64,000 bases of DNA, from NCBI GenBank assembly GCA_944392585.1, contig CALXXA010000028.1, positions 521-64,520 on the forward strand, in the 5' to 3' direction. Numbering within the stretch: position 1 is the stretch's first letter; the number at the start of each line of letters is the position of its first letter. A program made the translations under genes and the position numbers. This document shows, piece by piece, positions 7,549-17,888 of the stretch. The notes below the pieces were generated by a model, which had not been told where the DNA came from, searched no databases, and was given only the letters and a program-made list of their open reading frames with translations. The stretch comes from an uncultured Alphaproteobacteria bacterium. Its GTDB lineage: Bacteria; Pseudomonadota; Alphaproteobacteria; CAAHEQ01; UBA3637.

Positions 7549-8262
7549 TTATTTTAAATGACCTTCCATCTTTAATGAAGTTGCTCCAGTCCTTGAAATA
7601 ATAATATGGTCGCTTAATTCAATGGATAAAGAAACAGCGACATCTTTGAGTTGTTGGGTTGTTTTTATGTCTTGTATGGAAGGACGGGCATCTCCAGAAG
7701 GATGATTATGAATTAAAACCATAGACGTCGCACCAAGTTCCAAAGCTTTGTGAATAATTTCTCTCGGATATAAAGGAACTTTATTAATGGTTCCTTCCCC
7801 CATTTTCTGATCTAAAAGCAAGTGAAGTTTTGCGTCTAAAAATAAAATATGAAAAGATTCTTTTTTCTCACGACCAAGAGTCGAATAGCAATAATCCATA
7901 ATTTTAGCTCTGTTTCCCAAAATAGGTTGATTGATTAAATCTCTTCTTAAAATGGTTGCATGAGCGGCGCGAATAAGTTTAAACAATACTATTGTATTTT
8001 CTTTGATATATTTAAACCGATAAAGTTGTTCCGCCTCGGCGCATAAGACGTTTCCAAGCGTGTAAAACTCTGCTAAAAGCTGTTTAGCCAGCAGTTTCAC
8101 GTCTTTTCTGGGAATAGAATACATTAAAAGAGCTTCTAAAATCTCGTAATCATCAAAAGAACTTAAATCTGTTTTTAATATTTTTTCTTTGGTTCTCTCT
8201 CTGTGCCCGTGCAACAGAAGTAAAGGAGATTGATCATCTGGATGAGAAGGTTTCTTTTTCAT
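7549..8262 (-). CDS. radC: RadC-family JAB-domain protein
   Basis: C-terminus 'HNHPSGDARPSIQDIKTTQQLK' is the JAMM/RadC motif. The start probably lies at the internal Met (MKKKPSHPDD...), not the track's 8412 start, which would overlap map by 180 bp. Confidence 0.7.
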   Translation of the reverse strand: MKKKPSHPDDQSPLLLLHGHRERTKEKILKTDLSSFDDYEILEALLMYSIPRKDVKLLAKQLLAEFYTLGNVLCAEAEQLYRFKYIKENTIVLFKLIRAAHATILRRDLINQPILGNRAKIMDYCYSTLGREKKESFHILFLDAKLHLLLDQKMGEGTINKVPLYPREIIHKALELGATSMVLIHNHPSGDARPSIQDIKTTQQLKDVAVSLSIELSDHIIISRTGATSLKMEGHLK

Positions 8263-9067
8263 TTTTAACTGTCTTTTTCTGAATAAAATAAGGAGGATAA
8301 TCATATCCGGCCGGAGATAAAGTAAATACCTCAGGCCCATTTTTTGTAATTCCAATGGTGTGTTCAAATTGTGCGGACAGAGAGCGATCTTTTGTAATAG
8401 CCGTCCATCCATCTGATAAAATTAATGTATCAGAACCTCCAATATTAACCATAGGTTCTACTGTAAAAATCATTCCTTCTTGAATAGGCATTCCGTCTCC
8501 TTTTTTCCCATAGTTTAATACATTTGGTAATAAATGAAAGGCTTGCCCTACGCCATGTCCACAAAAATCTTCCACAACAGAGAAACGTTCTTTTGAGGCG
8601 CATAACTCGATGGCATGACCAATGTCTCCCATGGTGTTTCCTATTTTTGCCTGATTAATTCCGGCCCACATGGCATGAAAAGCGCATTCGACTATCCTTT
8701 TTGCCTTAATAGAAGGAGTTCCGACATAGTACATTCTGCTGCTGTCTCCATACCATCCGTTTAAAATAGGAGTAATGTCTATGTTGACGATATCTCCGTC
8801 GTAAAGGACTTTATCTCCTGGTATTCCATGGCAGACAATATGATTCGCCGAAATACAACTGGCTTTTGGATAGCCTCTGTATCCAAGAGTTGCCGGAATG
8901 GCTCCATGATCTCTCATGAATTCTTCCATTAAAGAGTCTAATTTTCCCGTTGTAATGCCGGGGACGACAAAAGGCGTGATATAATCTAGCGTTAAGGCAG
9001 CCAAATGGCCGGCTTGACGCATTCCTTCAAATTGTTCTACTGCATATAATGCTATTTGTTTATTCAT
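8234..9067 (-). CDS. map: Methionine aminopeptidase type I
   Basis: 277 aa. M24-family metal-ligand pattern (D..D..H..E..E) and typical MAP sequence. Confidence 0.85.
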   Translation of the reverse strand: MNKQIALYAVEQFEGMRQAGHLAALTLDYITPFVVPGITTGKLDSLMEEFMRDHGAIPATLGYRGYPKASCISANHIVCHGIPGDKVLYDGDIVNIDITPILNGWYGDSSRMYYVGTPSIKAKRIVECAFHAMWAGINQAKIGNTMGDIGHAIELCASKERFSVVEDFCGHGVGQAFHLLPNVLNYGKKGDGMPIQEGMIFTVEPMVNIGGSDTLILSDGWTAITKDRSLSAQFEHTIGITKNGPEVFTLSPAGYDYPPYFIQKKTVKNEKETFSSR

Positions 9068-9156
9068 TTTGACTTTCTCTTTTCGTTGAGTTAGAATATA
9101 CCCGTTGAAGTGATTTTTCTACTTAATTTTTAATTTTTTTATAAAAAGGTGTGAAA

Positions 9157-9246
9157 ATGACGAATAGACAGAAAATGGCATTGATGATTTTTATTTTAGC
9201 TGTAATATGTTGTTTGTTACTTTTAAACTCTCCTTTGGCAAACTAG
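9157..9246 (+). CDS. Possible 29-aa hydrophobic small protein (MTNRQKMALMIFILAVICCLLLLNSPLAN)
   Basis: ATG with an upstream GGTG/AAAGG-like RBS. Single predicted TM helix. Sits in the rpmF upstream region. Not verifiable by homology here. Confidence 0.2.
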   Translation: MTNRQKMALMIFILAVICCLLLLNSPLAN

Positions 9247-9468
9247 TTTCTTAAAAAAGACTTCTCCGAAAAGATAATAAAATTTTAAAGAAAGTAGAGA
9301 AAAAGACTTTGTTTTTTTAAGTTCTATGTTTCTTTTTATGGAAAAGAGTTATAAAAAGTACTTGCAAAAAGTTAAAAAATGTGTATGTAATAAGGTCTTA
9401 AAATAGTTTTTTTATTATTCAGTCACGGATAATAAGTTTGTTTTATTTATGAAGGAAAGAGTAAGAAA

Positions 9469-9654
9469 ATGGCTACACCAAAGAAAAAAACGTCTAAGTC
9501 TCGCAGAGATATGCGCCGTTCTCATCATGCCTTGGCAAAGAATTCCATGGTAGAATGTCCCAAGTGCGGCGAGATGATGCGTCCGCATCATGTTTGCGAA
9601 GCATGTGGCTTTTATAATAAGCGTGAAGTTATCGTAACTGCTAAAGCCGAATAA
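9469..9654 (+). CDS. rpmF: 50S ribosomal protein L32
   Basis: 61 aa. '[18 protein letters not shown]' plus a CxxC...CxxC zinc ribbon. Confidence 0.9.
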   Translation: MATPKKKTSKSRRDMRRSHHALAKNSMVECPKCGEMMRPHHVCEACGFYNKREVIVTAKAE

Positions 9655-9668
9655 AAAAGGCGTGATAA

Positions 9669-10709
9669 ATGGCTGATCCAATCGTTATCTCTATTGATGT
9701 CATGGGAGGGGATAATGCTCCTGAAACTGTCGTTGAAGGGGTAAAACTAGCAAGTGAAAAACAAAAAGATGTTTTTTTCCTGCTCTTCGGAGATGAACGA
9801 AGAATTGCTCCCGTGGCAAAGTCTAAAGGACTTCCTGAGTCGGTCTATAAAATTTATCACACAGATGAGATAATAAAAGCTGATGAAAAACCATCGGCAG
9901 CTGTTCGATATGGTCGTAACAGCAGTATGTGGAAAGCAATTTATGCTGTAAGGACGGGGGAGGCTAAAGCGGTTGTTTCTGCCGGAAATACAGGGGCCTT
10001 TATGGCAATTTCTAAAATTTGTTTAGGAACAATTGCCGGCGTTGACAGGCCGGCTTTGGCGGCGATGATGCCGACTTCTAAAATCGGACAACCTGTCGTA
10101 ATGTTGGATCTTGGGGCAAATGCAGAGTGTAATGCAACAAATTTAGTTGAATTTAGTATTATGGGATCTGTTTTCTATCATTTGTTATATAAAGTCAAAA
10201 ATCCTTCTGTTAGCCTTTTAAATATAGGATCGGAAGAAACAAAAGGAAGAGAAGAAATCAGACAAGCCGCATTAATTTTAAAAGAAAATAAAAATAAAGT
10301 GAATTATTCCGGCTTTGTGGAAGGGTTTGATATTAACTCTGGGAAAACACATGTCATCGTTTCTGACGGATTTTCTGGAAATGTTGCTTTGAAAACAATA
10401 GAAGGAACGGCGCGATTGGTAAAAAATGCCTTTAAAAAAGCGATCCAATCTTCATGGCTTGCAAAAATAGGCTTTGTTTTAACTATGCCGACGTTATTAA
10501 AATTAAAAAAGCGGATGGATCCTCGTCTTTATAATGGGGCTATGTTTCTAGGATTGAACGGTATTTCTGTTAAAAGCCATGGAGGCGCAGATGCTTTGGC
10601 TTATTCCTATGCCGTTGCTGTCGCAATTGACTTGGCTCGGCATGATTTATGCGAAAAAATCCGTGTTGAATTAGAAGATTTAATCTTAACTTCCGACGCA
10701 ATTTCATAA
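9669..10709 (+). CDS. plsX: Phosphate acyltransferase PlsX
   Basis: 346 aa. 'ISIDVMGGDNAP' N-terminus, typical of PlsX. Conserved rpmF-plsX-fabH order. Confidence 0.9.
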   Translation: MADPIVISIDVMGGDNAPETVVEGVKLASEKQKDVFFLLFGDERRIAPVAKSKGLPESVYKIYHTDEIIKADEKPSAAVRYGRNSSMWKAIYAVRTGEAKAVVSAGNTGAFMAISKICLGTIAGVDRPALAAMMPTSKIGQPVVMLDLGANAECNATNLVEFSIMGSVFYHLLYKVKNPSVSLLNIGSEETKGREEIRQAALILKENKNKVNYSGFVEGFDINSGKTHVIVSDGFSGNVALKTIEGTARLVKNAFKKAIQSSWLAKIGFVLTMPTLLKLKKRMDPRLYNGAMFLGLNGISVKSHGGADALAYSYAVAVAIDLARHDLCEKIRVELEDLILTSDAIS

Positions 10710-10730
10710 GATCATTTTTATGAGGGGAAA

Positions 10731-11708
10731 ATGTCTGTTATCCGTTCAAAAATTTTGGGAGTTGGCTCCTATTTACCTGAAAGAGTTATGACAAATGATG
10801 ATTTATCTAAAATGGTGGATACTTCTGATGAGTGGATTGTTGAGCGAACGGGTATTAAAATTAGGCATATTGCTTCAGAATATGAGATGACTTCGGATTT
10901 GGCCGTGAAAGCAGCTCAAGATGCTTTGGGAAAAAATCATATATTGATAGGAGATTTGGATGCGGTCATCGTTGCGACGACGACTCCAGACAGAACGTTC
11001 CCGGCAACAGCGACAAAGGTTCAAACGCAATTAGGAATGACGCGTGGATTTGCTTTCGATTTGCAAGCTGTGTGTTCCGGGTTTCTGTATGCCATGACGA
11101 TGGCGGATAGTTTAATTCGTTCCGGTCAAGTAAAAACAGCTTTAGTTATCGGGTCTGAAACGTTATCTCGGTTGGTGGATTGGAAAGATAGAAATACGTG
11201 TGTCTTATTCGGAGATGGGGCCGGAGCGGTTGTCTTATCCGCAGCTCAAGGGGATGGAACAGTTGAAGATACGGGAATCTTAAATACAAAAATTTTCTCT
11301 GATGGTTCTTTCGGGGATCTGTTATATACAACTGGAGGACCTTCCTATTCTCAAACGGTGGGAACAATTTTTATGAACGGGAGAGAAGTTTTTCGGCAAG
11401 CAGTCGGAAAACTAGCAACCGCAGCAGAACAAGTCCTGTCAGAGGTCGGTGTGAAAAGTGATGATTTATCTTGGTTCATTCCTCATCAAGCTAATTTACG
11501 AATTATCGATTCAACAGCTAAAAAATTAGGGCTTCCATTATCTAAAGTCGTTGTGACTGTTCATCATCATGCGAATACTTCCGCGGCTTCTATTCCTTTA
11601 GCTTTGGCTGAAAAAGTCAATTCTGGGGAAATTAAAAAAGGAGACTTGCTATTGTTTGATGCAATGGGCGGCGGGTTTACTTGGGGCGCTATGTTGGCGA
11701 GATTTTAA
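10731..11708 (+). CDS. fabH: 3-oxoacyl-ACP synthase III
   Basis: 325 aa. Active-site Cys context 'AVCSGFLYA', plus 'HQAN' and C-terminal 'GGGFTWGA'. Confidence 0.9.
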   Translation: MSVIRSKILGVGSYLPERVMTNDDLSKMVDTSDEWIVERTGIKIRHIASEYEMTSDLAVKAAQDALGKNHILIGDLDAVIVATTTPDRTFPATATKVQTQLGMTRGFAFDLQAVCSGFLYAMTMADSLIRSGQVKTALVIGSETLSRLVDWKDRNTCVLFGDGAGAVVLSAAQGDGTVEDTGILNTKIFSDGSFGDLLYTTGGPSYSQTVGTIFMNGREVFRQAVGKLATAAEQVLSEVGVKSDDLSWFIPHQANLRIIDSTAKKLGLPLSKVVVTVHHHANTSAASIPLALAEKVNSGEIKKGDLLLFDAMGGGFTWGAMLARF

Positions 11709-11779
11709 AAAAAACTTGATTTTTTATACTGTTCTTTTAAAATGACAAGTAACTAAAATTGATGCTTTATGAGGAAGAG

Positions 11780-12082
11780 ATGAAAAATATTACACGTGCG
11801 GATTTATCAGAGGCTGTTTACAGAGATCTAGGCTTGTCTTATACAGAATCCGAAAAATTAGTTGATTTGGTTTTTGAAGAAATAATCAAAGCTTTTGAGG
11901 CAAATGAAGATGTTAAAATTTCTTCTTTTGCTAGTTTCTATTTAAAAAAGAAAAAAGCGCGAGTCGGACGTAATCCAAAAACAGGGAAGGAGTATCCTAT
12001 TACCTCTAGAACAATTTTATCTTTTTGTCCTTCTCAGATTCTAAAAAATGAAGTAGCGGCGGCTCTAAAAAATAAGGATTAA
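11780..12082 (+). CDS. ihfA: Integration host factor alpha subunit
   Basis: '[14 protein letters not shown]...[12 protein letters not shown]' is the IHF/HU fold. The start is placed at the internal Met, which has an AGGAAG RBS. The track ORF begins at 11759. Confidence 0.8.
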   Translation: MKNITRADLSEAVYRDLGLSYTESEKLVDLVFEEIIKAFEANEDVKISSFASFYLKKKKARVGRNPKTGKEYPITSRTILSFCPSQILKNEVAAALKNKD

Positions 12083-12083
12083 A

Positions 12084-12407
12084 ATGAAATCTGAAGGCGC
12101 CTATCGTACCATTGCTGAAGTTTCCGATATGTTGAATGTTCCAGCTCATGTATTACGCTTTTGGGAAACACAATTTCATCAGATTAAGCCTGTTAAACGA
12201 GTTGGGGGAAGGCGTTATTATAGAAATGAAGATGTCAATCTTATCGCTCAAATCAGAGACTATCTCTATAAAGATGGGTATACGATTAAGGGTGTTCAAA
12301 AGATTCTTAAATCTTCAAAGAAAGAAGAAACTTCATCAAGTGATGTCTTAGAGAAATTTGTTGATGAGATGAAAGAAATTCGGAACTATCTTAAACAATA
12401 TATATAA
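12084..12407 (+). CDS. MerR-family transcriptional regulator
   Basis: 107 aa. '[22 protein letters not shown]' is the MerR HTH. Conserved ihfA-MerR pairing in alphaproteobacteria. Confidence 0.8.
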   Translation: MKSEGAYRTIAEVSDMLNVPAHVLRFWETQFHQIKPVKRVGGRRYYRNEDVNLIAQIRDYLYKDGYTIKGVQKILKSSKKEETSSSDVLEKFVDEMKEIRNYLKQYI

Positions 12408-12762
12408 TCCTATATGGCCGAAAGAACTTGACTATACCTGGAACAGAGCTCCAAAATCAAGGCTCAATATGAAAGATTACTCGACTCATGTTATAATAAA
12501 TAATTATGAGAATGGGGGACAGCTTAAAGGCTTATAAAATGTTCAAGGTGTTATGCTTGGTTTGAAAAAATTTATTTCTGTTTGAGTAAATATAAAAGAA
12601 TAAAAAGCAGTTCTTTTTATATGAAAAAAGTTAATAAAAATTTTTTTATTTTCTAGAATTATCTGTTGGTTAAGATAAAACTTGATAATAAGCTGAGTGG
12701 ATATAGGGGAACCAGCGTCTATCAGACGGCTCTGTTTATTTAGTTGAAGTTTATTCAATTGA

Positions 12763-12797
12763 AAAATCCCCTACTTTAAGGGCAGGGGATTTTTATT
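12763..12797. terminator. Bidirectional rho-independent terminator (ppdK 3' end)
   Basis: aaaatcccct-N11-aggggatttt with flanking T/A runs. Confidence 0.6.
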
Positions 12798-12814
12798 GTT
12801 AATGAAACAAAAGA

Positions 12815-15475
12815 TTATTTCTGTTCCTGTTTAACAGCAGCTTGAGCCGCAGCTAAACGTGCAATAGGAACACGATACGGGGAACAAGAAACACCATCTA
12901 AGTATTGATTTAAATACATGATGGAAGCAGGATCTCCGCCATGTTCACCGCAAATGCTCAAATATAAGTTCTGATTTGTTTTCCGACCATCTTGGCAAGC
13001 TATTGCGATAAGTTTCCCAACGCCTGATTGATCTAATGATTGGAAAGGATCTTGTTCATAAATACATTTTTCAACATATTTCGGTAAGAAAGATCCTGCA
13101 TCATCACGGCTCATTCCTAAAGTCGTTTGAGTTAAGTCGTTTGTTCCGAATTCAAAGAAGTCGGCTGTTTCTGCAATTTCATCAGCTAATAGAGCAGCTC
13201 TTGGCAGTTCTATCATTGTTCCGACGAAATACTTTACTTTAGCTCCTTTTTCAGCGAATACTTTTTCTGCTGTTTCATCTATGATTTTTTTGCAAATTTC
13301 TAATTCTTTTTTAGAAGAAATAAGCGGAACTTCTATTTCGGGAATAACTTTGATACCTTGAGCAGAAACTTCTAAAGCAGCCTCAATAATAGCTCTTGTT
13401 TGCATTTCGCAAATTTCTGGGAATACGACGGCTAAGCGGCATCCACGGAGACCTAACATGGGGTTTGCTTCATGAAGTTGAACTGTTCTTGAAGCTATTT
13501 CTTCTACAGAAACACCTAATTCTTGAGCTATTTCAATTTGCTCTTCACGTTTATGAGGCAAGAACTCATGTAATGGGGGATCTAATAAACGAATAGTTAC
13601 TGGTAATCCTTCCATAATTTTAAATAGTTCAACGAAATCATTTCTTTGATAAGGGAGTAATTTTTCTAAAGCGACACGGCGATCGGCTTCTGTCTTTGCA
13701 AGAATCATTTCACGCATGTGATTGATTCTGCTGGGATCAAAGAACATATGTTCTGTTCTGCATAAGCCAATTCCTTCTGCCCCGAATTGACGTGCTGTTA
13801 AAGCATCTTTCGGTGTTTCTGCATTGGCACGGACACGCAGTTTGCGTATTTCATCAACCCAACTCATAAATTCTCCGAAATTGCCGGTCATTTCCGGTAA
13901 AACCAAAGGTAAAGCTCCGTTCATGACTTCTCCGGTTGACCCGTCGATAGAAATCATTTCTCCTTCTTTTATGATTAGTTCTCCGACTTTTAAGAATTTC
14001 CCCGCATAATCAATACGTAATTCAGGTACTCCGGAAACACAAGGTTTCCCCATTCCTCGTGCAACAACTGCCGCGTGAGATGTCATTCCTCCTCGTGCTG
14101 TTAAAATTCCTTGCGCAACATGCATTCCGGATATGTCTTCCGGAGATGTTTCAACACGAACTAAAACAACTTTTTTCCCTTGTTCCGTCCAGCTTTCGGC
14201 GTCAGCTGCCGAAAAAACAACTTGACCAACTGCGGCTCCGGGAGAAGCAGGCAATCCTCTGGCAATCACGTCTTTTTTTGTTTTTTTGTCAAACATCGGA
14301 TGTAGTAATTGATCTACTTGTCCGGCTTCCACTCTCATGATAGCTGTTTTCTTGTCAATTAAGCCTTCTTTGACCATTTCTACAGCAATACGCAAGGCCG
14401 CTGTTCCAGTTCTTTTCCCATTCCGTGTTTGTAACATCCATAATTTCCCGTCTTGAATGGTAAATTCCATATCTTGCATGTCTTTGTAATGTGCTTCTAA
14501 TTTCGAACGAATATCAGATAATTGTTTGAATAAATCTGGGAATTCTTCTTCCATGCAAGGCATATCTGTCCCTGACCGTTCTTTGACTAATTTTGTCATT
14601 GGTTGGGGGGTGCGAATCCCTGCAACAACATCCTCTCCTTGAGCATTTTTTAAGTATTCTCCATAAAAGTAATTTTCACCGGTTGCCGGATCTCTTGAAA
14701 AACAAACGCCGGTTGCGGAATTATCTCCGGAATTTCCAAACACCATCGTTTGAACATTAACGGCTGTTCCCCAATTCCCTGGAATGTTATTAAGCTTCCG
14801 ATATGTGATCGCGCGGTCTATCATCCAAGAACCGAAAACAGCTCCGATAGCTCCCCATAATTGAGTTTGTGGATCTTGTGGCAAGGGTTTCCCGGCATCT
14901 TCACAGATTCTTTTGAATTGAGATATAACTTCTTTTAATTGTTCTACCGTCATTTGGTTATCAAACTTATAACCATTTTCTTCGCGAACTTTATCTAAAA
15001 CGTGTTCAAAATGATCGGAATGAACCCCCATGACAACATCTCCATACATTTGGATGAAGCGACGATAGGAGTCATAAGCGAACTTTTCATTTCCGGAAAC
15101 TTTTGCCAAGCCCTTAACTGTTTCGTCATTTAAACCTAAGTTGAGAACAGTGTCCATCATTCCTGGCATCGAAACACGAGCCCCAGAACGAACAGAGAAT
15201 AATAATGGGTTATTTGCGTCTCCGAACTTTTTGCCCATTTTAGATTCTATACCGGCTAATGCCGCATTGACTTGTTCTTTTAAATCAGAGGGGTATGTCT
15301 TATTATTTTCGTAAAAATATGTGCAGACTTCCGTTGTAATCGTAAATCCCGGAGGAACGGGAACTCCTATACTCGCCATTTCTGCAAGGTTAGCCCCTTT
15401 CCCCCCTAATAAATTTTTCATGTCAGCACGGCCTTCTGCTTGACCGTCACCAAATGTATAAACCCATTTCGTCAT
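12815..15475 (-). CDS. ppdK: Pyruvate, phosphate dikinase
   Basis: 886 aa. Catalytic His motif 'GGMTSHAAVVARG' and PEP-utilising C-terminal domain. Confidence 0.9.
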   Translation of the reverse strand: MTKWVYTFGDGQAEGRADMKNLLGGKGANLAEMASIGVPVPPGFTITTEVCTYFYENNKTYPSDLKEQVNAALAGIESKMGKKFGDANNPLLFSVRSGARVSMPGMMDTVLNLGLNDETVKGLAKVSGNEKFAYDSYRRFIQMYGDVVMGVHSDHFEHVLDKVREENGYKFDNQMTVEQLKEVISQFKRICEDAGKPLPQDPQTQLWGAIGAVFGSWMIDRAITYRKLNNIPGNWGTAVNVQTMVFGNSGDNSATGVCFSRDPATGENYFYGEYLKNAQGEDVVAGIRTPQPMTKLVKERSGTDMPCMEEEFPDLFKQLSDIRSKLEAHYKDMQDMEFTIQDGKLWMLQTRNGKRTGTAALRIAVEMVKEGLIDKKTAIMRVEAGQVDQLLHPMFDKKTKKDVIARGLPASPGAAVGQVVFSAADAESWTEQGKKVVLVRVETSPEDISGMHVAQGILTARGGMTSHAAVVARGMGKPCVSGVPELRIDYAGKFLKVGELIIKEGEMISIDGSTGEVMNGALPLVLPEMTGNFGEFMSWVDEIRKLRVRANAETPKDALTARQFGAEGIGLCRTEHMFFDPSRINHMREMILAKTEADRRVALEKLLPYQRNDFVELFKIMEGLPVTIRLLDPPLHEFLPHKREEQIEIAQELGVSVEEIASRTVQLHEANPMLGLRGCRLAVVFPEICEMQTRAIIEAALEVSAQGIKVIPEIEVPLISSKKELEICKKIIDETAEKVFAEKGAKVKYFVGTMIELPRAALLADEIAETADFFEFGTNDLTQTTLGMSRDDAGSFLPKYVEKCIYEQDPFQSLDQSGVGKLIAIACQDGRKTNQNLYLSICGEHGGDPASIMYLNQYLDGVSCSPYRVPIARLAAAQAAVKQEQK

Positions 15476-15652
15476 GGATCAGTTATCCTTTCACATAGTT
15501 AAATAAAAAATACACCGTTTTTTAAAGAAAAACAAAAAACGAATCTCTTTCAAAACGAGAAAAAACTTTCTAAAACAGCATTGTTTTTAACACGGTTTCA
15601 ATGACTTGGCAAGGACTTTTTTTACCTTTTTATGGAGTTAAAAAAGAGATTT

Positions 15653-16174
15653 TTATCTTTTCCTGTAATAAGATAAAATGTAATCTTCGATTGGTCTGCT
15701 TTCTTGCAGCTTAAGAGAAATCTTCGGATTATCGTCCTTGAATAACCTAATTCCCTTACCGAGAAGTATAGGAGCCGTCATTAATATGTATTCATCTAAT
15801 AAATCTTCTTTTATTAAAATGTTGGTAATTTCAGAACCTCCCATCACCCAAATGTTTTTTCCTTCTTCTGCTTTGAGTTTTTGGACAAGACCCATAATGT
15901 TTTCATGGATAAAAGTTACATGTTCGTCATTTTGTTTTAAATAGTGCGTAATGACATATACTTTCTTTTCTTTGTACGGCCATTGAGCTAAACTTTTTAC
16001 TTGGTCATATGTTTTCCGACCCATTAAAATAACGTCCACGGAAGATAAAAAGGTTTGAAAATCTTCTGATTTTCGGCGGCTTTCTTTTATTAAACAATCA
16101 CTATTTCCATTTTCATCTGCGATGAAACCGTCTAAAGATGTTGTTATATATAAAATACATTTACGCTTTGACAT
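15653..16174 (-). CDS. Dihydrofolate reductase-family protein (RibD C-terminal domain-like)
   Basis: 173 aa. 'ILYITTSLDGFIAD...ILMGRKTY' is the RibD_C/DHFR-like fold. Confidence 0.7.
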   Translation of the reverse strand: MSKRKCILYITTSLDGFIADENGNSDCLIKESRRKSEDFQTFLSSVDVILMGRKTYDQVKSLAQWPYKEKKVYVITHYLKQNDEHVTFIHENIMGLVQKLKAEEGKNIWVMGGSEITNILIKEDLLDEYILMTAPILLGKGIRLFKDDNPKISLKLQESRPIEDYILSYYRKR

Positions 16175-16337
16175 CCGTACTTCTCCTTATATAAAAAATC
16201 ATGTTGATTTATTATGAAATGTTTTCTACGAAATGGCAAGTTTCTTTTATGAGTTTTTTATATAAAATAAAACTAACAATCAATAAACAGAGATATTTTT
16301 TGTATCTCAGTGAAATTTAAACGGAATTTTTTTAAGG

Positions 16338-16413
16338 TGGTGCCCAGAGGCGGAATCGAACCACCGACACGGAGATTTTCAGTCTCCTGCTCTACCGACT
16401 GAGCTATCTGGGC
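16338..16413 (-). tRNA. tRNA-Phe, anticodon GAA
   Basis: Reverse complement: GCCCAGATAGCTCAGTCGGTAGAGCAGGAGA-CTGAAAA-TCTCCGTGTCGGTGGTTCGATTCCGCCTCTGGGCACCA. Confidence 0.9.
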
Positions 16414-16472
16414 AATCGATATTTCTCTTATAAACGATTCTCAAAAAAATGTCTAGCCTTTTTTTATAAATT

Positions 16473-17888
16473 TTATTCAACAGTTAGAATGTGAATAATA
16501 TTGGTTGCTCCTTTGCGCGCAAAAGGAACTCCCGCCGTAATCATGACTTGATCGCCGGATCGGATTATTTCTTTTGCTTTGCCGTATTCAAGCGCTATGG
16601 GAGAGATATCTAAAATAGAGTCAACTGTTTGAGTTATCATTGGAATAACTCCCCAGATAAGGACACATCTATGCATTACCTTTTCGTCTGTCGTTAAACA
16701 CAAAATAGGGATACCTGTTCGCTCCCTGGCAACACGTAACGTTGTTGACCCGGATATGGAATATGTGACAACACAAGCGGGTTTATCTAAAACGCGAACC
16801 ATATTGGGAATAGAAGAGGTTATAGCGCTTGCGATTAAGTGATCCGGAGGTAAGGTGAGAATTTCCATTTGTTTCTTATATAAAGGATCTTCTTCTGTTT
16901 GCGCGATTATTTTCCTCATCATAGAGACTGTTAAAACCGGATATTCACCTACGGCTGTTTCTCCAGACAACATAACACAGTCCACTCCGTCGTAAACAGC
17001 TGTTGCAACATCTGAAACTTCTGCGCGGGTCGGAGTTGGATTATGTATCATGCTTTCTAACATTTGTGTCGCTATAATAACAGGTTTCCCTTGCCTCCTA
17101 CATGAACTTACAATGTCTTTTTGCAAAGAAGGAAGACTTTCTAATGGAGACTCGACCCCTAAATCTCCTCTTGCGACCATAATGGCATCGGATAATTTAA
17201 TAATTTCTTCTAAATTTTTAAGCGCTGTTGGTTTCTCTATTTTTGTAATAATCCAAGCTCTTTCGTTGATTTTCTCTTTTGCCATAATAATATCTTCCGG
17301 ACGCTGAACAAAAGAAAGCGCTATCCAATCAACTCCCATTTCCAAAGCATATTCTAAATTGACTAGGTCTTTTTCAGTAAGAGCACTTATCGGTAAGGTT
17401 ATTCCGGGAATGTTGACACCTTTGTGATCCGATAAGATTCCTCCTGTGATAACAAGCGTATTTGCATAGCGAGCTCCGACATCTGTGACGCGTAGCCTAA
17501 TATTTCCGTCATTTAATAAAAGATAGGTTCCTTCTTCTATAGCATCAAAAATCTCTTGATGAGGAAGCTGCACGCGTGTTTCATCTCCTAGTTCATCAAC
17601 CATGTCCAGTCGAAAGGGTTGTCCTTCTTTAAGTTCAATGGATCCGTCTTTAAATTGACCAATGCGTAGTTTCGGACCTTGCATGTCCGCGATAACTCCA
17701 AGAGGCGTGTCTAATTCTTTTTCTATTTGACGAATGGCGTCATAGTTTTTTTTGTGAGATTCTAATGTCCCGTGACTGAAATTTAAACGAAAAACATTTG
17801 TTCCAGCCTTCGCTAATTCTAATATACGTTCTTTCGAAGATGTCGCAGGCCCTAATGTTGCTATAATTTTTGTAAAAGTTCTTTTCAT
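16473..17888 (-). CDS. pyk: Pyruvate kinase
   Basis: 471 aa. 'KIIATLGPAT...MVARGDLGVE' are PK signatures. Confidence 0.9.
   Translation of the reverse strand: MKRTFTKIIATLGPATSSKERILELAKAGTNVFRLNFSHGTLESHKKNYDAIRQIEKELDTPLGVIADMQGPKLRIGQFKDGSIELKEGQPFRLDMVDELGDETRVQLPHQEIFDAIEEGTYLLLNDGNIRLRVTDVGARYANTLVITGGILSDHKGVNIPGITLPISALTEKDLVNLEYALEMGVDWIALSFVQRPEDIIMAKEKINERAWIITKIEKPTALKNLEEIIKLSDAIMVARGDLGVESPLESLPSLQKDIVSSCRRQGKPVIIATQMLESMIHNPTPTRAEVSDVATAVYDGVDCVMLSGETAVGEYPVLTVSMMRKIIAQTEEDPLYKKQMEILTLPPDHLIASAITSSIPNMVRVLDKPACVVTYSISGSTTLRVARERTGIPILCLTTDEKVMHRCVLIWGVIPMITQTVDSILDISPIALEYGKAKEIIRSGDQVMITAGVPFARKGATNIIHILTVE

Noticed and set aside
7549-8412. Full 287-aa RadC ORF as drawn, overlapping map by 180 bp
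   Set aside because: The N-terminal 50 residues are non-homologous and overlap map. The internal Met at 8262 gives a typical ~238-aa RadC.
9362-9391. Possible sigma70 promoter for rpmF (TTGCAA ... TGTAAT)
   Set aside because: The -10 match is weak and the spacer is ambiguous (16-18 nt). It was not reported as a feature.
12543-12758. 71-aa minus-strand ORF in the MerR/ppdK intergenic region
   Set aside because: It is AT-rich, low-complexity and Ile/Phe/Lys-rich, has no RBS, and overlaps a terminator hairpin. It is likely spurious.
13036-14340. Several 60-90-aa + strand ORFs inside ppdK (and similar antisense ORFs inside aspS, pyk, cckA-like, glgB and others)
   Set aside because: They lie antisense within long, well-supported genes. 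This is typical shadow-ORF behaviour.
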